NCBI GenBank assembly: GCA_038087875.1
Contig: CM075990.1
Span: forward strand, 10,788,001-10,852,000
Origin: Malacoraja senta
Lineage: Eukaryota
Reading direction: 5' to 3'
DNA: 64,000 nucleotides
Shown here in pieces: positions 54,601-61,405 of this stretch (the first letter of the stretch is position 1; each line of letters starts with the position of its first letter). A program made the translations under genes and the position numbers. Under the pieces are notes generated by a model. The model was not told where the DNA came from and searched no databases. It saw only the letters and a list, made by a program, of their open reading frames with translations.

Positions 54601-57600
54601 AAATTTTGAATTCATCACAAACCAATGCAGCCTACACCACTCGGGGCCCAAAGTTAAAAGTTGCACTCGCAACAAATAACCCCAATTCTCAGTAAATTCA
54701 AGACTACAAATGCAAAATTTTACTTAAATTCAGCACTAATTGGATCCAAAAAGTTGTCATGATGCAGATTACTCTTCTCAGGTTGGTGTATATTGTTCAT
54801 GGTGTAGTTGCTCATGGAGAAAAAAAATTCACTCCACGCTATATTTGCAACTCAAAAAAACCCACATAATTTAAATAAATGGAAAATGTTAGCAGTTTGC
54901 ATTTTAATGCAGAGGTGACTGTATCAAAAATAATTTAAACAAGATGGCAAAGGTCATCCATATTTCAGCCATGGTGAAGCACCATGCATTACATAACTAT
55001 TTGTGCTTGTCATTATGCTCCATTCCTGGACCACACAGAATCCAGTGGCAGAGTCCAGCTTGCTCGAAGTTTTCTCGGGTTTGCTGGGGAAAATTAAATT
55101 AGTCTCACTGTTCTTGTTCAAGCCAAACATACTTATCCTAAAGTTATAATGATGCAGATGATGATCATTTGGCTTGTCAGGTCCATGTCAGCAACCAGGG
55201 GAGTAATCCCATTTTTTTAGCATTCCTGCGCTCATTATTTCCCAATGGCCCTACAACTTATTCTCTTTCACACACGCCATCAATTCCCTTAGGTTCTTTT
55301 TTGCAACCAAGAGTAGTTTACAGTGGCGAACTAACCAACCAACATGTCCTTGTCCTACATGTTCACATGAAGTGATATCATGTGTAGGAAAGAACTGCAG
55401 ATGCTGGTTTAAATCGAACGTAGGCACAAAATGCTGGAGTAACTCAGCGGGACAGGCAGCATTTCTGGAGAGAAAAAATTGATGATGTTTTGGGTCAAGG
55501 CCCTTCTTCAGACTGATGTCAGGGGAGTGGGCGGGACAGATGGAATGTAGTCGGAGACTGTAAGACTGGTGGAAGAACTGGGAAAGGGGAGGGGATAGAG
55601 AGAGAGAGGGAAAGCAAGGGCTGTTTGAAGCTAGATAAGTCAATGTTTATATCACTGGGGTGTAAGCTACCCGAGCGAAATATGAGGTGCTGTTCCTCCA
55701 ATTTGCACTGGGCCTCACTCTGACAATGGAGGAGGCCTAGGACAGAAAGGTCAGATTGGGAATGGGAGGAGGAGTTAAAGTGCTGAGCAACCGGGAGATC
55801 AGGTAGGTTAAGGCAGACTGAGCAGAGGTGTTCAGCAAAACAATCGGCGAGCCTGCGCTTGATCTCGCCGGTATACACAAGTTGAAACCTGGAACAGCGG
55901 ATACAGTAGATGAGTTTGGAGGAGCTGGATGGTGGGTGTTCAGAGAGGGGGGGGGGGGCAAGAGGATTATTGTATGGGTGGAGAATAGCTAGGGCCACCA
56001 TATCATGCCATGTGATATCAAGCAAGTGATATCATGCCATGTATTGTATGATGTGCCCATTGTAAACCGACTTCCATCAATTATACATTTAGAGTGCCAA
56101 GCAAATGGCTGAAGTATGGAATCCATTGTGCCCATGTAACTTATTAGGAGAGGAAGAATTTACCAAAAAGACTAAGTAAACTGAGGACAAGAGAAGGAAT
56201 TAATCAGAACAATGTAGAGTACTATGTAATCCCCTGGTTCACAACAGAGACAAAGGAGAAATCCTGAAGCCAAAACATGGAATCCCCACATGGATTTGAA
56301 TGAAATTGAATACATCATTACTCTAATTACTGACCAAGTAACCAGATTTCATTTTAATACCAGTAACTAATTGGTTCCGCTGTTTTTCTTTGCATTAACT
56401 AACAGGCTCTGCATTCAATACGGTCATCCCCACCAAGCTCACCACCAAACTCCACCAGCTAGGCCTCAGCTCGCCGATATGCGATTGGATCCTGAACTTT
56501 CTGACGGAGCGACCGCAGGCAGTGAGACTGGGCCCGCACCTGTCCTCCACTATCACCCTGAGCACTGGCACACCACAGGGCTGTGTACTAAGCCCCATGC
56601 TCTACTCCCTCTTCACTCACGACTGTGTCCCTGCATTCGACACCAACACCATCGTGAAGTTTGCAGACGACACAACTGTGATTGGGCTGATCACCAACGG
56701 TGATGAAACAAAATACAGAACCTGGCGGACTGGTGCGCTCATAACAACTTGTCACTAAACACCTCCAAGACCAAGGAGCTGATTATTGACTTCAGGAGGT
56801 CCCATAATGGAGAATATGCCCCAATCTCCATTTACTGGGAAAGTGTGGAGAGAGTGTCCAGCTTTAAGTTTCTGGGCACTCACATTTCAGAGGACCTCAC
56901 ATGGTCCACCAACACCACTGCGCTGGTCAAGAAGGCACAGCAACGACTGTTCTTCCTGAGGACATTAAAAAAGACTGGTCTGCCCCAACAGCTGCTGACA
57001 ACGTTCTACCGCTGCACCACAGAGAGCATATTAACGTATGGCATCTCTGTGTGGTATCTCAGCTGCACGGAGGCGGAGAGAAGAGCTCTTCAGCGCGTCG
57101 TTCACAGAGCGCAGAGGATCATTGGGACAGAGCTACCGGCCTTGGAGGGCATCTACCACACACGGTGCCTCAGGAAGGCCGTCAGCATCCATAAGGACTC
57201 ATCACACCCTTGTAACGGACTGCTTGAACTACTTCCCTCCGGCAGACGTTACAAGGCCTTCTACGCCCGAACCTCCAGACTCAGAAACAGCTTTATTCCA
57301 AGAGCTATTGCGGCTCTGAACCGGCCCTGCTGAGTGCCCCCCCCCCCCCCCCCACCCACCCCCCCTGGACAGTCTCCCTCGGATGGTCACGTCACTCAAC
57401 TTGCTTGCTTATTTATTTATTTTACTTTTCCTGTACATCGGTGGAGCTGCATACTAAATCTCGTTGCACTGACGTGCAATGACAATAAAAGATATTATTA
57501 TTATTATTATTATTATTATTAGGCAGCATTACCTGCAGGATTTTCATTAGGACAACTTCGTCACTCGCAGGGTCTGTGCCCACAAAACGAGCATGTGTGA

Positions 57601-57651
57601 CAGCATCAGCCATATTTTCAATTCCCTCTGCTGCACCTTCATGATTAGGGT
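3520..57651 (-). CDS. GBF1: GBF1 (Sec7-domain ARF guanine exchange factor), partial multi-exon CDS, 27 exons in window
   Basis: Spliced translation matches remembered vertebrate GBF1 ([29 protein letters not shown] ... [10 protein letters not shown] ... HRSATD). All introns GT-AG with continuous phases; 3809 nt total. Confidence 0.98.
3820..4025 (+). mobile_element. tRNA-derived SINE (HE1-like), partial
   Basis: A-box-like gcgtagcggtaga and B-box ggttcgatcc; homologous to 51290-51560 and 38805-39105. Confidence 0.8.
5350..5605 (+). mobile_element. LINE 3' UTR fragment (Rex1/L2-like)
   Basis: ctgtacctcggtacacgtgacaat...aaact end, also seen at 22125-22215. Confidence 0.65.
5702..5927 (-). CDS. 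GBF1: GBF1 exon ([12 protein letters not shown]...SHDA)
   Basis: TTTTCAG / GTTAAT, 226 nt. Confidence 0.96.
6524..6677 (-). CDS. GBF1: GBF1 exon ([14 protein letters not shown]...REEISSQ)
   Basis: CTACAG / GTATGA, 154 nt. Confidence 0.96.
6825..7270 (+). mobile_element. Decayed Penelope-like element (GIY-YIG region and terminus)
   Basis: tatattggagaaaccaaa (YIGETK), aaactcgaggaacac, and terminus ttgcccgacctgctgagt...cagcatct. Confidence 0.65.
7609..7703 (-). CDS. GBF1: GBF1 exon ([32 protein letters not shown])
   Basis: CATTAG / GTACAA, 95 nt. Confidence 0.96.
8108..8179 (-). CDS. GBF1: GBF1 exon ([24 protein letters not shown])
   Basis: TTCCAG / GTTCGA, 72 nt. Confidence 0.95.
9265..9388 (-). 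CDS. GBF1: GBF1 exon ([15 protein letters not shown]...LECIK)
   Basis: ATGCAG / GTAAAT, 124 nt. Confidence 0.95.
9655..10020 (+). mobile_element. Rex1-like LINE 3' fragment
   Basis: Decayed DP.HH....LLPSGRR...RFRNSFF coding remnant plus 3' UTR, similar to 57190-57330. Confidence 0.7.
10580..10695. repeat. Palindromic derivative of the PLE terminus
   Basis: tgctgaaggaacttgatggatcaggca-gc-tgcctgacccgctgagttcctccagca foldback. Confidence 0.7.
10710..10774 (-). CDS. GBF1: GBF1 exon ([22 protein letters not shown])
   Basis: GTGCAG / GTAGGA, 65 nt. Confidence 0.95.
11852..12141. mobile_element. PIF/Harbinger-type MITE
   Basis: Terminal inverted repeats AGGGCCTGTC...CGAGGTAATTC / GAATTACCTCG-ACAGGCCCT; 3-bp TAA target duplication on both sides. 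Confidence 0.85.
13310..13740 (-). mobile_element. Rex1-like LINE 3' fragment
   Basis: Reverse complement of the gacaataa tail and of [11 protein letters not shown]...RFRNNNF remnant. Confidence 0.65.
15310..15486 (-). CDS. GBF1: GBF1 exon ([12 protein letters not shown]...LLPKAMIE)
   Basis: CTGCAG / GTAAGT, 177 nt. Confidence 0.96.
16853..16946 (-). CDS. GBF1: GBF1 exon ([31 protein letters not shown])
   Basis: CTGCAG / GTCGGT, 94 nt. Confidence 0.96.
17678..17914 (-). CDS. GBF1: GBF1 exon ([12 protein letters not shown]...ISGFR)
   Basis: CCTTAG / GTAAAA, 237 nt. Confidence 0.96.
19141..19285 (+). mobile_element. CR1 fragment
   Basis: [18 protein letters not shown]...[13 protein letters not shown]. 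Confidence 0.85.
19512..19594 (-). CDS. GBF1: GBF1 exon ([28 protein letters not shown])
   Basis: TTTGTAG / GTAAGT, 83 nt. Confidence 0.96.
21540..21665 (-). CDS. GBF1: GBF1 exon (KINGSPF...[12 protein letters not shown]...MTLE), Sec7
   Basis: TGTACAG / GTAGGT, 126 nt. Confidence 0.97.
22583..22706 (-). CDS. GBF1: GBF1 exon ([14 protein letters not shown]...[10 protein letters not shown]...DHWH), Sec7 glutamate finger
   Basis: AATTAG / GTATGT, 124 nt; catalytic Glu codon at 22631-22633. Confidence 0.97.
23030..23590. mobile_element. Rearranged and nested PLE termini
   Basis: Minus then plus foldback near 23095-23160; minus-strand terminus inserted at 23235-23357; plus-strand terminus to ~23585. 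Confidence 0.8.
24270..24472 (-). CDS. GBF1: GBF1 exon ([16 protein letters not shown]...DSFVG), Sec7
   Basis: TTCACAAG / GTATTG, 203 nt. Confidence 0.96.
24976..25744. mobile_element. Non-autonomous PIF/Harbinger-type DNA transposon
   Basis: Terminal inverted repeats AGGGCTTGTCCCATTTAGGCG / CGCCTAAGTGGGACAGGCCCT; 3-bp TCA duplication. Confidence 0.85.
26183..26271 (-). CDS. GBF1: GBF1 exon ([17 protein letters not shown]...KGKKK)
   Basis: TTATAG / GTAAAG, 89 nt. Confidence 0.93.
26615..26752 (-). mobile_element. CR1 3' end
   Basis: Reverse complement of gatgggccgaatagcctaattctgctcctatgacttatg. Confidence 0.85.
26760..27665 (-). mobile_element. CR1 internal fragment (AP-endonuclease region)
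   Basis: [25 protein letters not shown] matches the CR1 ORF2 N-terminus (LYLNARSIRNK). Confidence 0.75.
28420..28554 (-). CDS. GBF1: GBF1 exon (GSERAGV...[15 protein letters not shown]...NET)
   Basis: TCTGCAG / GTAAAG, 135 nt, phase 1-1; poorly conserved linker. Confidence 0.85.
28730..29320 (-). mobile_element. Decayed PLE fragment
   Basis: actgcagatgctgg terminus; gatgaggtgctcttctagaagctt (KL.EEHLI). Confidence 0.55.
29330..30030 (+). mobile_element. Penelope-like element 3' part (GIY-YIG and terminus)
   Basis: [10 protein letters not shown]...[11 protein letters not shown]; degenerate hammerhead motif at 29911-29938. Confidence 0.85.
31874..34009. mobile_element. Non-autonomous hAT-type element, 2.1 kb, composite
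   Basis: 8-bp duplication CTTTCAAG (31866-31873 and 34010-34017); right end GGCCGGCCCTG; subterminal ATTG.TCCCAATT.GGCCCC at both ends. Confidence 0.8.
34800..35270 (+). mobile_element. Rex1-like LINE 3' fragment
   Basis: KASTIIKD..HP...[10 protein letters not shown]...RFINRFFP remnant and gtgacaataataaa tail. Confidence 0.7.
35300..35895 (+). mobile_element. GC-rich retroposon or repeat ending in aataaa and a (TGGTAAT)n tail
   Basis: CpG-rich body; gggacaaataaagt followed by four TGGTAAT repeats. Confidence 0.55.
35922..37256 (-). mobile_element. Tc1/mariner transposon, decayed transposase, internally deleted
   Basis: TA-CAGTGCCCT ... AGGGCACTG-TA ends; HTH/GRPRK ORF 36497-36838; KHGGG ORF 36136-36336; [12 protein letters not shown] at ~36035-36071. 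Confidence 0.92.
37640..37823 (-). CDS. GBF1: GBF1 exon ([17 protein letters not shown]...KENSN)
   Basis: TTTGTAG / GTGAGT, 184 nt. Confidence 0.95.
38387..38581 (-). CDS. GBF1: GBF1 exon (MYLKKL...ELYINFDCD...TKLLSK), HUS box
   Basis: CCCCTAG / GTACAT, 195 nt. Confidence 0.96.
38805..39105 (-). mobile_element. HE1-like SINE
   Basis: Reverse complement of ggcacagtggggtagttggtagagctgct...aacccgggatctatcctga. Confidence 0.8.
39475..39570 (+). mobile_element. PLE terminus fragment
   Basis: tctgaacaagggtcttggcccaaaacgtcacc...gctgagttactccagca. Confidence 0.8.
39822..39920 (-). CDS. GBF1: GBF1 exon ([10 protein letters not shown]...LKFQLE)
   Basis: TTTTCAG / GTAAGT, 99 nt; preceded by a 93-nt intron. 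Confidence 0.96.
40014..40225 (-). CDS. GBF1: GBF1 exon ([15 protein letters not shown]...CRHLFQ)
   Basis: CTCTCAG / GTAGGA, 212 nt. Confidence 0.96.
40640..41045. mobile_element. PLE fragments (plus-strand terminus abutting minus-strand body)
   Basis: ctgaagacggatcctgccccgaaac; tgttgttcctccagtttgc. Confidence 0.7.
41203..41395 (-). CDS. GBF1: GBF1 exon (GGRLDEF...[10 protein letters not shown]...[17 protein letters not shown])
   Basis: TTTTGAAG / GTTGGT, 193 nt. Confidence 0.92.
41803..41880 (-). repeat. (TAA)n microsatellite with LINE 3' tail
   Basis: (taa)6 followed by tggattttatttacgggcgccttataccgaggtctcaaggacac. Confidence 0.6.
42188..42426 (-). CDS. GBF1: GBF1 exon (GEASFL...TDSGVEFSS...QQESQ)
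   Basis: CTAAAG / GTAAAT, 239 nt. Confidence 0.92.
42963..43140 (-). CDS. GBF1: GBF1 exon ([22 protein letters not shown]...NNHP)
   Basis: TTGCAG / GTATGT, 178 nt. Confidence 0.94.
43531..43551 (-). CDS. GBF1: Candidate alternative GBF1 microexon, 21 nt (IANKKVR)
   Basis: TTTCACCTTCAG acceptor, weak CGG|GTATAC donor, phase 0, no stop codon. Confidence 0.3.
44869..44904 (-). CDS. GBF1: Candidate alternative GBF1 microexon, 36 nt ([12 protein letters not shown])
   Basis: TTTTTTCCTCCTGAG acceptor, CAG|GTAAGG donor, phase 0 matching the flanking exons, no stop codon. Confidence 0.6.
45580..45785. repeat. Head-to-head PLE-terminus palindrome
   Basis: aaagtgctggaggaactcagctggtcaggcaacat ... atgttgcccgacccactgagttcctctcgcactt. 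Confidence 0.7.
47181..47235 (-). CDS. GBF1: GBF1 exon ([18 protein letters not shown])
   Basis: CTGCAG / GTAGAC, 55 nt. Confidence 0.95.
49289..49349 (-). CDS. GBF1: GBF1 exon ([21 protein letters not shown])
   Basis: CTGCAG / GTAGAA, 61 nt. Confidence 0.95.
51290..51560 (+). mobile_element. HE1-like SINE
   Basis: cggtagagttactgccttacagtgccagggacccgggtttgattc...ctaaaaacgaaactaaa. Confidence 0.85.
52040..52148 (-). CDS. GBF1: GBF1 exon ([11 protein letters not shown]...FEMRLS)
   Basis: TTTTTAG / GTGAGT, 109 nt. Confidence 0.96.
52395..53040 (-). mobile_element. CR1 3' fragment
   Basis: ORF 52431-52886 is very similar to 1850-2290. Confidence 0.92.
53528..54330 (-). mobile_element. CR1 internal fragment
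   Basis: [19 protein letters not shown] ... PEDWEKFR, homologous to 165-1010. Confidence 0.88.
55383..55940 (-). mobile_element. Penelope-like element, 5'-truncated
   Basis: GIY-YIG motif [30 protein letters not shown]; 13-bp flanking duplication. Confidence 0.9.
56408..57520 (+). mobile_element. Rex1/Babar-like LINE, 5'-truncated, (TAT)n tail
   Basis: [50 protein letters not shown]; one frameshift near 56720. Confidence 0.92.
57533..57651 (-). CDS. GBF1: GBF1 exon ([10 protein letters not shown]...LMKILQ), DCB
   Basis: TTTTTGCAG acceptor, GTAATG donor, 119 nt. Confidence 0.96.
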
Positions 57652-60528
57652 CTGCAAAAAAAAAACACTTCAGTATTAACATCCCTAAACTTTTAATTTA
57701 TTATATTTCGAACAGAATAACAATATTGAGCAAATTAAGGCTACTTCCAATTAGTCAGCTTAAAATTTGCACTATAGATGTTTCAGAGTTTAACGCTGTT
57801 AATAAAACCAATGATCCGCCATCATTTCTTTGCAACATAAGATTCAGGATTAATTTCATTATTGGTCAATGTGCACTGGCATTTTTTTTCAATTTTGAAT
57901 CAACTCCTGGAGCAAACCTAAAATAGGGTTCAGCGTAGAAACTGTAGCTATTGGACACTTTTGTCATGGACTTTTCACAACCTCATGTCCTTAGTAGGAA
58001 ATATAATCTTCTGACTGGGATGAAACAAACTGGCAATATTGTGGTCTAGGTCCTGGGGTTTTATCCAAACAGGGACTACCATATGCCACTGTGCATCTTC
58101 AACATCAATGTATTTTTCACATTCCTGCTAAGTACATAGACTTTACATAATCTTTCAAATTATCCGTCCATAGCGTGTGGATGAGGAATAGTTTAAGATG
58201 CTGCTGTCAAGTACCTTAGCAATGGCAATAATTAGCTGTGTACTCTGTGGATCTATACGACAAAATGGTCAACTTTGAAAGTTTAGACAAAGGGAGAATT
58301 GGCTGAATAAAAGGTTTTAAATTACATAAGTGAAAATACCTGACTAATGAATCTAACTGCTTCAACAGCATTGAGCTTTCTGAAATTTAAGTAATTTATT
58401 GAAAAATATAGACAATTACAGTTAGAGGTTGGAAAGCTGAAGCATAACTTTACAATGACAGAACTGAAAAACAAAAAAATTCACACTACTTCACTGTCAC
58501 ATAAGGCCTAATTGATTAAAGTAATTGCCATTGATAAGGAAGGAATCGTATAATCCGGAATGGTAGAGCTAAGTAAAATAATTTTCATGCTGGCTGGAAG
58601 CAGAACAGAGGTTTTGTTTTGACTTAGTTGAGTGGCTAAAAGGAAATGTAATGTTGTTTGCCCAAGTTAAAAGCTGCTACACGTCTCAGCTGTGAGGAGA
58701 TCTTGAGCACTGCATTACATAGTTAAACTGCACAGAATGTAACTAACTTTCTCAAAAAGAAATGCAATACTAACATGTTGTGATATAATGACAGTTCAAA
58801 GTTGAACATTTCCCTTGTGTTCAGCATTGCCAAGGATGATGTTCGCCACAACTTTTACACAAAGGCACTGGCAATGACCACAACAGCGAAGCGAACAGCA
58901 AAACTCATAGCACCAAGGATGGACCACAGTAATATCGGAGGTGCCATTGATTTTTTTCCATTATTGATTTTAGTACATATAAAAGATGGGAACAAATTAC
59001 CACAAATAGACAGGGGGCAGGTGATCATTTTCTACCAGTAGCATAACGCCCCCCCCCCTCCCCCCCAAATAAGCTACTTTGTTGAAGTTTAGCAACAATT
59101 TGGCACAACTCCAGGCAGTAATCTGATCCGAGGGTTCTGCCCCAACTCATGCTGGCAACAAGGCATTAGGCAACAATGCCATCATTTATTGCCGTTCATG
59201 TTTAGATAATTATTATAGCAGTACTCCAGTGCATGGACATAATTTATCTATTTGTCACAGGACACTCTTATTACGAAGAAATCTAAATCTGGCAGCAAGT
59301 GAAGAAATGAATAAAAATACCAAGATATAGTTTATAAATCAGATTCACATACATAACAGCTGGTTGGGATCTTGTAGTTCAAAACTGTACCATTCTCTAA
59401 ACCAGCTAAAACTTTGCCCTTTTCTGTAAAGTGCAGTCGTTCCAGCTGCTGGCACAGTTATTAGCAACTTCCTTGCTGACAATTTATACCAAAAGTACAA
59501 AGGGAATTAAAATTTTGATTTTGCTGAAAATACATTCCTCACTTGGGCAAACTACTTATGCGACTACTGAACAATACTAACCTGATTCCACTACTCACTA
59601 TCTTTACAAACTATTTTATCTGTATCTTATTGAAGCTTTAAGTTCACTCAACAGCATTTCCATCAATGAGCAATGGTAATCACTGAGATCCAACAATCAT
59701 GTTGATAACTGGGTCAACTTCATTTTTAAATGGCTCTTTCAGATATCTTCTTCAAACATAAAGGACTGAACTCCAAAACAATTTTGTGCACTCATTTTTG
59801 TTATGTCATATACATTCATCAATTAATACAGCATAATGAAACTGGTGCCCATAGCAAATGTAATCATGCTTGCAGGACCGGACTAAGTTTCCTGACTGGG
59901 ATCAGAGTAGGCGTTGTCCTCCCTGGACTATGCATTTATGGTATAAATGTAACTAAGGGAATGCACAGTTAACATGTGTTATGTTGGCAGTTTTCCAAGC
60001 TTGAGGCCAGACAAATTTCAAAAGATTTGCAAGCCACCTTATTGAAACTGTATTGCGAATCCACAAACACACATGCAATACAATATGAAAAGGCCTTACT
60101 TCCTTTCCCGAGTATTTCTTTTACCACATTGGAGACCATTTGGCCCATCAGGTCCATGTTAGTTCTCGGAGCAAACCCATTAATCCCATTTGCCACACAT
60201 TTCACTGTAACCTATTCTCCCTCATGTGGCTGTCAATTCCCCTGGTCAGTAACCACTAACCTGCACTAAGAAATACTTTTACAAAACAGAGCATCATTAT
60301 AAAATGATTATTACTGTTATGACTACTTTACACTTATTAAATCTAGTTAAATTATAATGAAATAAACACCTGCAACAGTAAACACTGATATTTTATGCCA
60401 AGTTTCAACATTAATTCAGAGCAGGTTTCCAGTTCCCTTCCAAGGACATAATTAAACGGAAAATTTGTAATTCATAATGCAACATTGCTCCTCTTCATTT
60501 ATCAGTTAATTTATTTGTTAATTTACAT

Positions 60529-61405
60529 GTGTACGAAAGAACTGCAATTGCTGGTTTAAATCAAAGGTAGACACAAAGTGCAGGAGTAACTCCGCAGGAC
60601 AGGCAGCATCTCTGGTGAGAAGGAATGGGTGACGTTTCAGGTCGAGACCCTTCTTCAGACTGATGTTCGGGGAGTGGGCGGGACAAAGATAGAATGTAGT
60701 CGGAGACAGTAAGACTGGTGGGAGAACTAGGAAGGGGGAGGGTATGGAGAGAGAGGGGAGGCAAGGGCTATTTGAAGTTAGAGAAGTCAATGTTCATACT
60801 GCTGGGATATAAACTACCCAAGTGAAATATGAGGTGCTGTTCCTCCAATTTGCACTGGGCCTCACTCTGACAATGGAGGAAACCCAGGACAGAAAGGTCA
60901 GATTGGGAATGGGAGGGGGAGTTGAAGTGCCGAGCAACCGGAGATCAGGTAAGTTAAGACGGAGGTGTTCAGAGAAACAATCGCCAAGGCTGCACTTGGT
61001 CTCGCCGAAGTAGAGAAGTTGATACCTGGAACAGCAGATACAGCAGATGAGGTTGGAGGAGGTGCAAGTGAACCTCTGCCTCACCTGGAAAGACTGTTTG
61101 GGTCCTTGGATGGAGTCGAAGGTGGAGGTAAAGGGACAGGTGGTGCATCTCCTGCGGTTGCAGGGGAAAGTACCTGGGGAGGGGGTGGTTTGGGTGGGAA
61201 GGGACGAGTTGGCCAGGGAGTTTCGGAGGGAACGGTCTCTGCGTAAAGCAGAAAGGGGTGGGGATGGGAAGATGTGGCCAGTGGTGGGATCACGTTGGAG
61301 GATGCAAAAATGTTGGAGGATTATATGCTGTATATGACGGCTGATGGAGTGGAAGGTGAGGACAAGGGGGACTCTGTCCTTGTTACGAATGGGGGAGGGG
61401 GAGCA
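60529..61405 (-). mobile_element. Penelope-like element 3' part
   Basis: RQRFTCTSSNLICCICCSRYQLLYFGETK (GIY-YIG); same family as 55383-55940. Confidence 0.9.
60629..60660 (-). ncRNA. Minimal type I hammerhead ribozyme motif in PLE terminus
   Basis: Minus strand reads GT-CTGAAGA-A-GGGT(CTCG)ACCT-GAAAC-GTC-AC: CUGANGA and GAAA boxes, GUC triplet, palindromic ACGT stem III. Confidence 0.7.
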
